Positions 35,391 to 50,100 of a DNA stretch of 64,000 nucleotides are shown in pieces. The stretch covers positions 464,527 to 528,526 of the forward strand of contig MU057880.1 of assembly GCA_013265495.1 (NCBI GenBank). The letters run 5' to 3'. The notes under the pieces were generated by a model that saw only the letters and a list, made by a program, of their open reading frames with translations, made no database searches and had not been told where the DNA came from. The position numbers and the translations under genes are program-made. Every line of letters starts with the position of its first letter. Within the stretch, counting starts at the first letter, position 1. This stretch comes from Vicugna vicugna. Lineage: Eukaryota.

Positions 35391-38300
35391 CTAGGGAAGG
35401 AGGAGGGAAAGCTAAGGTCACCACTGAGTCAACAAGTCCACGACGACACTGAAAAACCCCAGCAGGCTCCACCCCACACCATTTAGCCAAAAGTACCAGC
35501 AGGAAAGTTCCTTCATTTCTGAAGTTCACAGTGCCTGAATAGTGCCCTGTTTCCCAAGAATCACCAAATAAAACTTTTAAAGTTTATGGGCATTCGATGA
35601 GCCTTAAATAATACGAGATTCAGGGTTCAGACGGGTGGGTTTGGTAGTTCAGAGTAACCTGGGTGAGCGCTATTGGGTGAATCCAATGAGCTACAACTTT
35701 AAATTAGACCCCAAGGAGCAGATGAGCCCACCGCTCCTTGTTTGGCAGCACAAACGCAACTGGTGGCAAGAGACAGCTTCGGTCAGAAAACACATCTGAG
35801 GTTCATCTACCCCCAAATGATGTTTAAAGGTTAAAAAAAAGTGAGCATCTTAGAACTGAAGGAGGGTACTGTTACACAGGCAACGACGCAAGCTCTACGG
35901 AGAGAGACAAGCGCGCCCTCAGAGCACTCAGGATGCAGGAGGTCACGGACAGGGTTCGCCTGTCTACACAGGCACGTAAACATCACTGTTCCACTTGCTC
36001 GTGTTTCAACTCCAGGTAAAAAGGCGTCTATTAAGCAGATTCACTGAACATCCCTCCAGTCTCTACCACTCCCCCCACAGAGCAGAGAAGATGCATTGGA
36101 AAGGAAATATTCCTACATTCGCCCATGAAGAAAGTATTTATTGAGCCCTTTCCTTCTTACTCCCTGCTAGTCAGCGAATGAGATGAGATGCTAAGAAAAC
36201 ACTGCCCAAATAATCTTACACTCTGATTCAAAGCTGTTATCCATTCTTCTGAATTAAAAAAAAGGGCACTATTTATCTATAATATCACACACACAACTGG
36301 CCAATAATAAACATGACATTTCAAAACACATGCTAACAGACACCATGCAACACTGATAACACCCCTCCTTCCTGCCAGCATTTGGATTCCGTCCGGCTGC
36401 TGAACACTAACAAAATAAAACCGAAGTAAGAGTTGGTCTTATTAATGTTCCCTTCTCTCCTCGGACAACCTCATCCCTTCTTCCCTTCCAGTAACAAGAT
36501 GCCACCTCACAGTTTAGATGGTCTCACAAGGGAGGTGACTCAGGCTGATGACACAGACCAATGGGTCCGATACCTCAGGGTTCCAAATAAGGAGGTAAAA
36601 CGTATTTATAACCACAGCCCTTCAGAACTGACTCAATAAATAAATTATGATACTCAGTGGTATTTAATACAGTCTGTACAGTGTAATACTTATTAACATC
36701 ATGGGAGACAAAGTACACAAAGAAAATATGTAAACATAAATTTATTAGGGAGCATATGATCAGATGCCAAATAAACGTAAAGGAATGCATGTTGGAGGAG
36801 CTCAGAGAAGTGAGGCGTTCATTGAAACGTGTGAAATCATGGCAAAAATCATGTAGCTCTCACTATGAATTTAACTGATAACTGAAGATGCTGTGAAACA
36901 GATAAAATTGGGAAAACAACAATTTCCCTGCAAAGGAGTAGAAAGGAGAAAGCCTCTAAACTGAGGATTTATATATTTTTATTCACAACGTAGAATAGTG
37001 AAAAGTTTGCAGGATTTCTTCAGGAACGATTTGAAGACAAGTTTGCCGAGTTATATTAATGACTGTGACTTTACGGGCAGTTGACTGATAGAGATCAAAT
37101 ATTAAGATAACGTGTTCGGAGCCAGGATCACTGTCCTTCACTATCTCAGCTATGTTTCCATTTAATGCAGTCAACTCACTGCAGAAGGCAAAGGAGGAAG
37201 CATTACTCAACGGCTCAGAGATTTCCAAGCGCATCCATCGATACATCACATAATTATGGAACGTAAACTGATTCCTACTACCGTTTATAGACCTGAGGTT
37301 GGCGTGTGCCACACAGTGCGACTTTTAAAAATTAACGTCGATATGCCAAACAAAGGTGTATCTAGCTAATGAATTTTCACTCACTGGCCAATTATTTACT
37401 CAAGGCTCATAGGAACGCTTCTCTTCAGCGTCCACCAGCTGGTCGTCTTTCCCGACTACATTCACTGTGTGGAAGCATTAGGCGCCTTCAGGCTCCAAAT
37501 CTAACAGAAGAGACGCGGGTCCAGCCTTCACAGTCCACAGCTACTCATCTACGCCTACTCACAGCCACAGGGAGCGGAATTCCAGGGCTTCGTTAGGCTA
37601 ACAACCACAAAGACTGTCTACAGAGAAAAGAGGAAGTATTTCCACTCTTAAGAATTCAGTTCTATTGGATGAACACTGATTACCTACTCTGTCGTACACC
37701 GTTAGGGACACGAGGCACCAGGCTGAAGACGACACTCCCAATTCCAAGTGTGACTCCTGCAAACCAAACGGTCACTGAAACAGACGCAGTGCGCGACAGA
37801 GAAGTCAAACATCCTTTTTTAAACACGGCTTGTTAGCTCCCCTCCACCACCCGTAACTCTTTGAAGAACAGAATGAAATCATGTTATATTAAACTGAGGG
37901 TTAACACATACAAAATTTAGCCTTAACTATTTCTTTCTTTTAGAACAGACGCCACGCTTGAGCTGTTTTCCCATAGGTTGGGATGGCAGCCCCGTGACTG
38001 ACAGGACTCATGAGCTGAAGTTCCACAACTGGAGAAGTTGTGGGTGCTGTTTCCAGAAAGGAAGAGCCTGAAAAGCGCAGTGCGGTCCAGCTTCACTCTG
38101 CACACTGGGGACCTGAGCTTGGGCTCGGGAAATGGTCCTTCAGAGGCAAAGGAGTCGGATGGGAACTGGGAGTCAGGGAGCAAACACAGGTGCAGGCACC
38201 ACGCGTACGCCTGGGGGCAGAGGGAGAACGGAACCCGCGGGGACAGTGACTCATTGTCTGAGTGGAATATACCAAACAGGGGCACAGGCCGCCAATGACT

Positions 38301-38440
38301 ACAGATTCACGCATTCCAAGCTTTTCCAGGCTTCATCCAGTGCCTACTTAAATTGCTATCAGTATACTATTTAATTGTGTTTCAGATTAAAACGGGGCTG
38401 TGAATTACCTTGTGACTTTAGCCACTGTTTAGAACAGAAA

Positions 38441-38813
38441 ATACTGTATGATATCACTTACATGTGGAATCTAAAAAAAGGAGAATCTTATTTGCAAAAC
38501 AGAAACAGACTCTTAGACATAGAGAACAAACTTGTGGTTACCAGGGGGAAAGGGGGGTGGGAGGGAATAAACTGGGAGTTAGAGATTTGCAGACATTAAC
38601 GGACATATATAGAATAAACAACAAGTTCATGCTGTATAGCTCAGGGAACTATATTCGATATCTTGTAGTAACTTATGGTGAAGAAGAATATGAGAATGAA
38701 TATATGTGTGTTCCCCTATGACTGAAGCATTGTGCTGTACACCAGAAATTGACACAACGTGGTAAACTGACTACACTTCAGTAAAACACACACACACACA
38801 CACACACAGAAAG
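38441..38813 (+). mobile_element. 5'-truncated L1 3'UTR with a (CA)n tail and TSD
   Basis: atatcacttacatgtggaatctaaaaa...gttaccaggggg...tgctgtacaccagaaattgacac; AGAACAGAAA at 38431-38440 and 38814-38823. Confidence 0.88.
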
Positions 38814-39134
38814 AGAACAGAAATTCTGTTCAAAAAATAAGAAGTTTTTGAAGTTGGGACTACACATAGTAGTTACCTGATTAAATAACGAAATAATTAA
38901 AATTAAATAAAATTTAAATAAAGTGAAATAATTAAAGGGGAAATACATTTTATACATTTTGATCTTAATACCAACATATTTAACAGTAATTCACTAAGAA
39001 CACAATTCAAAGGAATCTCTTATATTTTTCTTTGTATCAATTAAATGCTTTTATTTTAACATTTGATTATATGAATGTATTACTGCTCAAATTCTTCCTG
39101 GATCAGGCAACCTATATTCCTAAAAATATGGTTC

Positions 39135-39252
39135 TTGACTGTGGTGGTGGTTTCACTAGTGTATATACATCTATCAGAATTCATGAAATTGTACCTCTGA
39201 AATATGTGTAGTTTACTGTACAGGGATCATACCACAATAAAGGTGTTAAAAA
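39135..39252 (+). mobile_element. Old L1M-type 3' end
   Basis: gtggtggtggtttcac...gaaattgtac...aatatgtgtagtttactgt...caataaag. Confidence 0.6.
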
Positions 39253-42022
39253 CTATGGCACTTGTGAATCACAACTGTAGCCAACTACTGTCAGGCAAAT
39301 GACTGAACCATAATTTAGTCATGAAACTGCCCATCACATAAGAAACCACAAGGGTAATATGTGTTTCAATCAGATTCTTAAATGCATAAAGTAAGCATAA
39401 CCTTAGTATTAATCTTAGTTTTGTAAAACCTGCGTGCCACTGGTACAAGAGCTTGTTTTGTTTCCTTTTCTGGGAGAAGCAAAGATGCTACAACGATTAG
39501 CTGTAAGTCAGATACACTGCAGAAGCCTTAAGGCTCACATGTGAGCATATCGCGTATGTGACAGTCTTTGATTTATTAATTAACCTAGTGACTGGCATCT
39601 ACGAAACGACCAGCTAGTACATGAGCTCTGTTCGGACCTAAATGCAGCGAGTGGCTGTCCTGAAGGCTCTGACACCACAACAGCAGTAAATACTCTGCTG
39701 AGTTGGTAAAAAGTCCCTGAGAGCGGTGACAGCGCAGCAGGGACCAGGGTGCTGCCTCACATCCCCTTCCTTCTCTCCCCAAGAAACCTCTGGTTCACTC
39801 TTCAGCCCTACAGGAGAGCGTCGCCGTCCTACTGGCTGTGCACCTGAAACGCAGGGGAATTTCACGTTCCACAATGCACCATCAGCATCGGAGGGTCGCT
39901 GAGAAATCCAGCAGTTAAAACAAAAGAACACTGCCACCATTACGGACATTTATCTAACCGAAAAATTTCCCAATAAACCCTAGAATCAGTTTATTTCAAG
40001 ACATAGATACAACGGAGCATGCAAGGCCTGGGGTGACCGTGGGCACCCATCCAGCCTTCCCAGCAGCTTATCCTGAGTAACAACACTACCTGAGGATCAC
40101 ACCTTGTGACTGGACACCAGCTCCATAGTAAGATATATCATTAAGAATGGACCCAAAAGAGCACGGGTTTCCCCAGACCGTTACTGGAGTTCCCTGAGAG
40201 TTCCCCACGCTCAGGTTTTCCAGGTCTGCAAGGAGGAGCTGGAATATTACTGGACAAAGTCCCCTTTCTCTCTGAGGTGTTAGTGAGAATACAGTCCCCC
40301 ATAGTTTCCACCCATCCATCATTTACTGAAAACCTGTGCTGTGAGGATTAATTGAGCGATTGGGCAGAGAGCACCCAGGGAGGGCCTGGCACACAGAAAC
40401 CAGAGGGCAAGCGCGTCAGCCCGAAATCACCGTGAGCGGACTCCGTGGACGGCATGGAGTCTTCCGGCTCTAGGTTCCTGCCGGGATCTAAGGCTCCACG
40501 CCAGCGGGTCACTGAGCTGCCCCCAGAAGGGCCATGGTGGCCAAGGCCATCTCACCCACATTAGAGCTCAAGATGTGTTTTAAAAGCAAGTCACACTTTC
40601 TCCCTCCCTGTGTGTACACACATGCTCATATACACACACACCCCTCGTTTTTCTTTTACTGAAACTGATCTTTTCTGATACCACTGGTTCTCACCTGCTC
40701 TGACCGGTTTCCACATAGAGCTTGAATAGGCAGGAATATGACTTAGTAGCTCATTTTAAAGACCACTTTATAATACGGCCAACGCTGATTCCTCTAAAAC
40801 ATGGTATTTCTTTAGGAACACCAGAAAAAGTAAGCATGTGGACCCCTGAGTATTACTCAGCAGAAGTAATCTGTCTTTATACTCACTGAGGACGTGGTCT
40901 AGATTAGGGCTCACCCTTGAATACTGCCTCCATCAGTATTGCACAAAGCGTGGAGAAAGATTTCTGCACAGTATGCAGTTTCTTTTGTTTATGTATACAT
41001 ATACATTTAAAGGCAAGAAACAAAGTTTCCCCCAAAGTGTCATGAGAGGATAATTTAATAAACTGATAGATCTAATAATATTTCTCATTAAAAGGCCTGG
41101 AGATGTTTCTAAACATCGGAATGACTATGCTTTATAGGAACAGTTCTACAAAAATTGGCTTTATATCTACGGGAGAAACCTGCCTAAAATTAACAATTTG
41201 TAAGAACTTCACATTCCCCCAGTTTCCTGCCAGGCTCAGAGGACACAAGCCTCTTAGACATATATGGAGTTATCTCCTGTTCAACTTCCTCTAAGTCAAG
41301 TGACCTTGAGCAAGCTGAGTAACTTCTGTGTACCCGAGTTTCTTCTGTAAAATGAACATAACACAGCCCAGTGACTAAGTGAAGTAACTTGTGGGATCCA
41401 CCTTGCAGACGTCTCTCCCTTTTCGTGCCCTCTGCCATTTTTCTAGGTAAGGTCTTCACTCTCCCAGGTTAGACAGTTTCTAAATTCAATGGGGAAGGAA
41501 CCATAACTAACTTACTTTTGACACTGTCATACCTACCACTACCATTCCAGTAGTTTACTTACTACATACATTCCCCCTAAAATCTATGGGTTACATTTTA
41601 AATAAATCATTTATTTACATGGAAGAGCTCACTGCTTAGAGTACTGCACTAAATTTTTCAAAGTAAATGACCTCGTTGTCATGATATGCTATGGTTCAAT
41701 TACTCTCTTATACACACTCAGATATTCATAGCTAGAATTCTCTCAAAGTGCTAACACTTGGGGAGTCTGTGCTTCTGTGTGCCTAGCTGTACTACATGTG
41801 ACTGTAAAAGCTTCCACATCAGTCCTGTATTTGGCCAGGACAGGTACTGCCAACAGGTGCGCTTCAACTGCAAACCAACACTCCTGCCACCCTGAGCGCA
41901 CTGCCCCCTGGAGGGCAGTCCAAACAGAACACCTCCACACGGGCTTTAACATACTGTTTTGGAGGGAGGTGTAACACAGAGGATCTGACATTAAGATACA
42001 GCTTATATACATTAACATTTCA

Positions 42023-42200
42023 GGGGGTGAGTGTAGCTCAGTGGTGGAGTGTGTGCTTAATTAGCATGCAGGAGGTCCTGGGTTCAATCCCCAGTACCTC
42101 CATCAAAATAAATACACAAATAAATAAAACTAATTATCTCCCCCTTCCAAAAAAACAAACAAGTAAAACAAAATTACATTAAATTAAAAAAAAGAACAAT
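42023..42200 (+). mobile_element. Vic-1-like SINE
   Basis: gggggtgagtgtagctcagtgg...ggttcaatccccagtacctcc, then ctaattatctcccc and an A-rich tail. Confidence 0.87.
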
Positions 42201-42689
42201 TTAAAAAACCTGACATGGCTTCCTGCCTAAACAGAAACCTTTTTATGTTAGAATTAGCTTCTGAAATGCAGTGAGCTAGCCCTCTCCCCAGGGCCAGAAG
42301 GCCACCCTCACGGGTTTTAGGGCTGGTAAATCATAAACTTCACTGGCTATGGTTACATAAATTACAATCTGTCTAAAATTTCATTCCTATATTTATACAA
42401 TGCAGATATTCTGAACCCAAATAGAATACCTAGGACCCCTGCTGAGGAAAATAAAACTAAGTTACCTGAAAGGCTGTCAGTCACATGATTGATGTTTTCA
42501 AGCAAATACTTTCTAAAAGCCTTTTCTCTTGGCTGTTGAAAGAAAGCTCACATGAACTTCAAAACGGAAAAGCAGAATCCCTTAGGATGATGAGAAAGTG
42601 TAGGATCTGACTTAAACATCGTATGTGCCAAAATGCAAGGCTGTGCCCCATTTTTCTCCAGGAAGAGGCAAGGGTAAGACCCCTGGCCA

Positions 42690-42890
42690 CCAGCTACCAC
42701 ATGCCAGGCCTGGGCCAAGCACCTGCAGGTACACTAGCTCGTTTAATTCTTACCAGCATCTTACCAAGTAGTATTACTACGAACGTGTTAGATCGGAGGA
42801 AACTAAGACACGGGAAAGTGAAGTGATTTGCACCAAGATCACACAGTGAAAGGTGGCCGGGTGCCAGGCCCTGGACCTCACACATGCAAG
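42690..42890 (-). mobile_element. MIR relic
   Basis: MIR core-like gaggaaactaagacacgggaaagtgaagtgatttgcaccaagatcacacag. Confidence 0.7.
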
Positions 42891-45039
42891 CATTAAACTT
42901 TAGTGTATTTATTAATCTATTAGTTGACTTGAAAACACTCACGGATATTGATGAAATGCCCAAATGGCTGCTTATATCAATTTATTAATATAATTTCTTA
43001 TACAAATTTCAAAATCAGGTAGAAAAATCGTACTTTGAAATCATTCTTCACTCTTTCTTTCATAACACAAATTTACTAAAACTTCACATCTGCATCTCCA
43101 GTATCGACGATTCTGACACCACGACACCGCTTTCTGAGTCATCCCTCCTAAATTGCTTGAGAGTCACCACATTTCTGAATCTACATGTGATATACTGGGC
43201 AGCATTACTGAGGCCCGTTTTTCATTTGTCTTGCAGGGTCTTAATGAAAACCATTGACTATAAGCTCTTCTTTAAAATGTTATAGTAATATCCAGTGTTT
43301 GCAATTTTCAGGTCGCATAGCAAAAAATCATCATTAAATCCGTGTCAAACATAAAACTTCTTTAACTCCTTTCTTTATACCAGGCTCACCACCCGACCCT
43401 TATGGCATTCGAAGCCTGCATTGTTTGATGTCATTTCTGTCTTATGTTCCTTATCGAAGAGTACTTTTTCTAAGGGGGAAAAAAGGTAATATAAATTGAG
43501 AGAACCTTATGATACAAGAAACAAAAGCAACTCCTTCTCTGGTAGTTAATTCTGGCAGAGCAAAATCTTGTCTGATATATAACACCCCTGACATTTGACA
43601 ATCAGAAACAAAGTATGCACACACAGACACACACACACAGTTAGTTATAATACAAGCTCATCAACTAATTTCATCACCTTAAGGAAGGACACCTGGCACA
43701 GAGCAAACAGTTCTATAATAAATACCAGAACCACTAAAAGTCTGTCATCTGAAAGATGGCTGCATTTTTTTCAAAATGAAAATCTTTATCTGGGACCTAA
43801 AATAAAACAAACTAATTTTCCATAGAAATACTGAGATAGTTCATTAATTATCATGTATATATCACCAATACACCAATGTATTAATTACCCTGTATATATC
43901 ACATATATGTCCTATTGTCTGCTACGGAACACAGCTTTATGACGGTGTGCAAGTCACATCCATCGCATCCTCACTCCGAACACACGCAGATGCCCAGCAT
44001 ATAATCCCGTTTCCTGTTCAGGTATTTGCAACAATCAGTAATCACTGATCTGCAAAGCACACGTTCCTCTGAGGGATTTCAACAACAAAAAAATTTCTAG
44101 ATCATTCAGTCCAAAATGTTTTCAATAAAATAGATGGCAACTGGTGGCACCGAGTCGGGTGACTGACTGGAGAGTCATCTCCTGGGCAGCACCCCACCTA
44201 CGCAAACCCCAGCCCCTCTGGACGTATTCCATTCACGCTGGTAGTAAGTACTGCCCTGGCTGGGGGCGCTGCTCTGTAACCGGCAGAGCCCTGAGTATCT
44301 GACGCCCGTGGGCTCCAAGACTCATCAAGAGCCCAGATTTGCTGCTGAAGCTCAGACAGCTCAAGCGGCTTGTCCAAAGGCCCAGGTAGGCAGCGTGAAA
44401 ACGTGTAACTTTTTCCTTTGGATCCTGACTCTAGAAATCTCTTACCTTCAACCCAATCTTGACACCTATCTTCTCTCTTATTGAAACAGGAAACACCATA
44501 AGAAGCTACACCAATACAACCACAACTTCATTTTCTAGTACAAAAACCAACCCAATAAGTACACTTATAGCAAAATTTGTGATTATCCATATAGAATACT
44601 GCTCATGTTCTACTTGAGTTCTCGTGTTTTCCAGGACAGAGGGGGATCGCTGCCCTGGAAGTGGCCGTCCCCAGAGAGGGGGGCCACTGGTAAGACCAGA
44701 AGACGGTTCCCCGGGACCAATTAGACAGCAATGGTGATGAGCTCCCGCGGGACTGTGAGCAGCTGCCCCGGCTGCCCGGAGGCCCCCACGAGCACGGGGT
44801 CAGGGAAACAAGTGCTCCAGGTCAAGGAAAAAGGTTCCTACTGGATCCATGGATGAGCCCGGGCTGCCTTGTTTTTCAACAAAAATAAATAGCTGGTTTG
44901 GCCAGAAAGCCTCTCTCGGAATTAAAATCATCACCCCACAAGTTGTTTTCAATTGTTAAGCCACCTACATTCAAACACAAATGAGCCTGAGTCTCTTTAC
45001 AATCAAATACCATAAAATGGCCAAGACGGGCAAGCTATT

Positions 45040-45465
45040 CACAAACGTCCTCCTCTTCCAGGGAGTACGACTGGACCACACGTCCCAACTCCCCTCACAG
45101 TCACATTTTTGTGCTGTAAACTGTGCCAGTACAACCGAGCTCCAGCCTTCGGAGTAAGAGCAAACAGAAGTGATGTACGGCGCGTCCACCCCCACTTACT
45201 ACACCTCCTGCACACCCGCCACGCTCTCCCCCTGCATCAAGAGTCTCTGTTGGAAGACAAGACAAGCTTTGCACTGAAGGTTACACAACTCAGCGACACA
45301 ACGGAGGGGCCGGGATCCCTGAATCACTGCTTAGACGGGAACTGTCCTCAGGGACCAAGAGTACTTGCTTCAGATTTTATGCAAAAGAGAAATAAACCTC
45401 TACTGTGTTGGAACCATCATGTCTTGTTTGGCTTGGAACCATGACTAGCATGATCTTCACTCAAA
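45040..45465 (+). mobile_element. Old MaLR (MLT1-like) LTR relic
   Basis: agaagtgatg, gggatccctgaatcactgc and gagaaataaacctctactgtgtt resemble MLT1 LTRs; boundaries approximate. Confidence 0.6.
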
Positions 45466-45619
45466 TATAAATACTGTGATCATCTTTGTGACCTCTTTGT
45501 GAAAAATCGTCCACAGTGGAATTCCGAATTCCTGAGGGAGAAGTTGGGAGGGCTCTGATAACATCCTGACCACGCAGGACTGTGTGCAGTTTGCATAAAG
45601 CAAACATCAGAGCTCCGTG

Positions 45620-45880
45620 ACTTATTCAGGCAAATGTGTGTTGCGAACGCACTTGATGCCGGGATGCCAGGCACTGTTCCCAGCTTCTAGGGCAGCAGTA
45701 CATTAAGATAAAGTCCCTGCTTGCGGGGGTCTTACAACTCATGAGCGGAGACAAGTAATACAAGAATAGTGAAGGAAACTGTCAAACAGTGATAAAGAAC
45801 TGCATTCAGCAAAGATTAAGAGAGACTGATGTGACAGAGTGACTGCATAGTCAGGAAAGATCTAAGATGTGATAATGAGA
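45620..45880 (-). mobile_element. L2 3'-end relic
   Basis: attcaggcaaatgtgt...tgccaggcactgttc...agataaagtccctgc. Confidence 0.55.
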
Positions 45881-45951
45881 TGAGAAAACGGTCTCATACT
45901 CTGTTAATACCTGAAGGGACAGTTCCAATCACACCATTTTACTAGGTACAA

Positions 45952-45987
<36 letters not shown>

Positions 45988-45990
45988 ACA
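45952..45990 (+). repeat. Interrupted (AC)n microsatellite
   Basis: AC run interrupted by two GC units. Confidence 0.85.
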
Positions 45991-46710
45991 TCACATATAT
46001 ATGTATCTTCTACACAAACATATATATACACACATACTTTATGTAACACATACACTACACTTCACACATTTATAAAGTATATGTTATACTTATGTTTTGT
46101 CTTTGTGTCGAACTGAGACAAGTCTAGCCTATCACGAAGCCAAAGGAATACAATTACTAAAGATTTTATGAAAAAAAAATCACTGGGCTCTTTGTACAAC
46201 CTCAAGACAAAATCAACTGAGAATCACAGTACCCTTATGAAGCAAAGACAGTAGAAAACAAATTTGGATTTGTTAAGTGCCCTGTGGGCTGGAGAGCTCG
46301 GATACCTACCCGTATTTCAAGATGCAAATATTACGTGATGGGAATATAAGGCTTCCAAAGTAAGTATTTGTTCTCCAAAAGTACCGCCTAAGAGTTTAAA
46401 TGGAAAATTAAGTCTAGAAACCACCTACTGACTCAATTGATTTTGAGGACTCAAGAAGTCATTGAGTAGACTGATTGCTTGGGAAAAAATACTTGTATTG
46501 AAATTTATGCTGTACTGTTCTGAAAAACAGAAAGTAATGAAACTTTATCTCCCCAAGAAGAAACTTGGATGCACTCAAAATCCTTGCTTCCATAGACTTC
46601 CTGCCCTAGCGTCTGTGTGTGAGGGTAGGAAGCTGGGGGTGGGGAGGCGAGGCCGTCACACACATGGGAATGTGTCACGCAGAGGGAACCAGTTTGAAGC
46701 AGTAGCAGCC

Positions 46711-47140
46711 TTCCTACACTGGTGGTGGGAATGTAGTTTGGTGCAGCCACTATGGAGGACAGTATGGAGGCTCCTTAAAAAACTAAAAATAAATTTACCA
46801 TGTGATCCAGCAATCCCACTCCTGGGCATATACCCGGAGAAAAATAAAACTCAGACACATGCACCCCAGTGTTCACAACAGCACTGTTTACAATAGCCAA
46901 GATATAGAAACAACCCAAATATCCATCAATAGGTGACTAGATAAAGAAGCCGTGGTGTATTTATACAATGGAACACTACTCAGCCATAAAAAAGAGTAAA
47001 ATAATGCCATTTGCAGCAATATGAATGGACATGAAAATCGTCATTTTAAGTGAAATAAGCCAAAAAGAGAAAAAATACCATGATATCACCTATATGTGGA
47101 ACCTAAATAAATAAATAAATAGGACACAAATGAACTATTT
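46711..47140 (+). mobile_element. L1 fragment (decayed ORF2 C-terminus and start of 3'UTR)
   Basis: Translates [40 protein letters not shown], typical of the L1 ORF2p C-terminus; frameshifted afterwards. Confidence 0.9.
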
Positions 47141-50100
47141 ATTATTTATAACTTAGATGATTGATTTCTTGAATATGTGTAAGCACAATTTGACTGTCCT
47201 TTATGATTGGATTATTGCATTCTTGTTGATTCTTATTTTGTGGTTGGCGACATTCCTTTGATAACTATGTAAGTTTAAAAAGCTAAAGCTCTATCTGTTC
47301 TTAGAAACAGTGATCAGTACACATTGTAAACTAAAAAAATGTGCATTATATTGTATATATGTATTTACATGCAATATAACATATATGTCCAGTCAAACTG
47401 TTAAAATTCTACCTAATAAAAGTGAAAAAAAAAGAAAAGAAATGAATAGGATAAAGGATACAGAGGGTGGAAGGTTTCACTGCCAAGGCGTCATCTGAGT
47501 AAAGACCTCAACGGAGCGAATGCGTCTGCCCTGCAGGTGCACACAAGGAAACCGGCACTGCACGTTCAAGGACATTGAGGGCAAAGGTCAAAGGCACGGC
47601 GGCCTTGGTATTTTTTAAGAATAGCCAGGTCGGTACCAGCTCTGGGAAGACCATGGGGAATTAGGTGATGGCTCTGGATTTTACCAGGAGTGAGATGGAG
47701 AGACTGGAGGGTTCTGAGCACTCATGATGTCTACATCGTGCATTTAAAACACTGTTCTTAAATGTTTAATGTAGAGATATGCTACTTTTTTGAGAACTAT
47801 TTGACAGTAATTCCACATAACTTAAATTGAAAAAAGATGTGTATTACAACTTGTACCAAGAGGTCATCAGCAAACAAAAGCATCATGGCCGGTCTTGCTG
47901 GATGTATGCTGGGCAGTGACCCGACTGTGAGGCTGTGTCTAAGTGGTGGTTTATGGGAACACCAGCCGTTAACTTTATTTATGGAAAATCCTACCCTACA
48001 CCTCTTACATATGAGACATACACACACAGAGGAAAGAAACTGCCTAGATTCTAAATGACACCTCAGATTCTGCCTGCACTGGTTCCAGGTTTCGCTCAAA
48101 CACTACACAACGGCCACTTTCTAGGGATGAGTCTTACAACTCAGCTAGACAATAATCTTTAAATCGAGAAATAATTAGACATTATCCCTCTTAAGTGACT
48201 AACAAAAATAGTAGGTATTAATTTTATGTATCTGGTATACCAGTTTTGCCTTTTGCATCAGTGATAAAGATGCTCATTTTAGCATTCATCTCCGAGGACT
48301 CCAACGAGAAGACATTTAATTCCATGTTTGTTTTCAGGGACTTTCTGTGTCCGCTTTGCCCCACCAGGCCACTTCACTGCTCCAGCTGGGTCTGGAGGGC
48401 ACCGGGCGAGAATGGACTGGACATTAGTGTCACATTAGTCATTACTCAGGGCCAGTGAAGACACATCCTGCACAGACTGCGTGAAGCCTAGTCGGTTTTT
48501 CTCTCCCTTCATCTTTCCTTTGTTGTTTGCTTGTTTACACCGGTCAGCGGTAGCCCCGTATCACCAGGTGAACAGTATGAATGACTGAGACACAGCCAAG
48601 CACGTGTTTCCATGTACGGAGACTCCTTCCTAACACTCCCACTCCTGTCAATGCTCCAGCTCTTTTCCTGACCTTCTCAGTCATGTGCAAAGATTTATGT
48701 GCATCATTAATCGAGCAACTCTCTAAGGAAGCTCAGTCTTCCTAAATAAACACCAACATCTCAAATTCTGTCACTCCGCCCAGCTTTGACTTTCCACAAA
48801 TGTCAACTACTTTCCCAGAACTTTTCTGCTAAATGTGTACGTGTATGCACATTACTTTCTTATCTCAAGTTCAAAGCAGGGGAACAGAAGAGCACTGGTC
48901 TGTGTACATGGGGTGAGGCGCTCTTGTAACTGGGTTAATACAATCTTGGGCATCGTTGGTGCGGGTGAGCAAGTGTACACACACACACACAGCACTGACA
49001 ACCTGACAGTGTCTTCAGATATACACAGTTTATCTGCCATGGCCAGAAGTCACACAGCCTCAATTCACCTTCAGCAAAAACGAGAACTTGTAAAACTAAG
49101 CAAGCTCCCATGGTGCGGAGAGACTCTGATGGGGGATTTGCAGGTATCACCCCACTCGGCTCTGAGGCCACCACCCGGCTGCTGCCCCAGCTGGCTTCTT
49201 GCGACAGTCTCTTACTTCTCCTTCCAACTCTTCTCCAGGTGGGAGCAGAGTAAATGTCCAGAGTGATAGAAAACTCAGCCCAGATCATATCAGTCCCCTG
49301 CCAAGAGTCTCAGCAGACTCTCCACCGTCAGGGAGAAGCTCGCACCCACCCTGCCGCGCCCCCCCGCTCCTCCTGAACCTGACTCACCTCCCGACCTTCA
49401 GGCTCGGCACCAGGCGGAGGAAGCTCTTTGTGGCTGTTCACAGCGTCTGCTCTGTCCCCACCTCCTGTGTCATTGCTCCCTCCTGGGGGGCTGGCTCACT
49501 CTCCAACCCCTCCTGGAGGGGACGATCTTGTCATCAGATGCACCAGTGTCACCCAGACCCTGAGCACAGCTTGCAGCAGCTGCTGATCTCACAGCCCAAA
49601 ACCTTCCCTGGGAGTCCAAAAGGGAGCAGGTCTGCCTCACCCCCGCCCCCTCCTTCCTCAGAGTGCCTGAAACAGTGCTTAACAAATACACCACTCTCTG
49701 AGCTCCTGGCCCTGCGTAGAGCCAAGGGGCTGAGAGAGGACCAGCTGGGGCTGTCTCTGCCCTCCCAGTGCTGTGCTCACTCCTTCTTACTGGCAGCTGC
49801 AGGGAGGATGCCGGAATAAAGTGACAAGAGGACTGACAGGGGAAGAAGGGTGAGGCTGTGCCGAACCGAGGCTAACAGTAACTGGAGCTAAGCGGTATGT
49901 TTTGTCTGCATTTCCTACAAGTCAGGGCAAAAAGAGTTGAGGACCAAACCTCCGGACTCAAAAATGTTTGTTTCCTGTCTGCAGATTCCAACAGAGGCGC
50001 CTGGCAGTGGAAGGGTGTCTGAACTCTCTCAGGACTGTCAGATTCACTCGTCTACTGAATTACTGGTCAAGTATTCACTGACCTACCGCCGCGACCAGGT

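Noticed and set aside
39533..39546. 14-bp palindrome GCTCACATGTGAGC
   Set aside because: A few palindromes of this length are expected by chance in 64 kb, and there is no supporting context.
49199..49819. 206-aa plus-strand ORF, the longest non-exonic one
   Set aside because: No ATG start, low-complexity Ser/Pro/Arg composition, no recognisable domain, in GC-rich intronic DNA.
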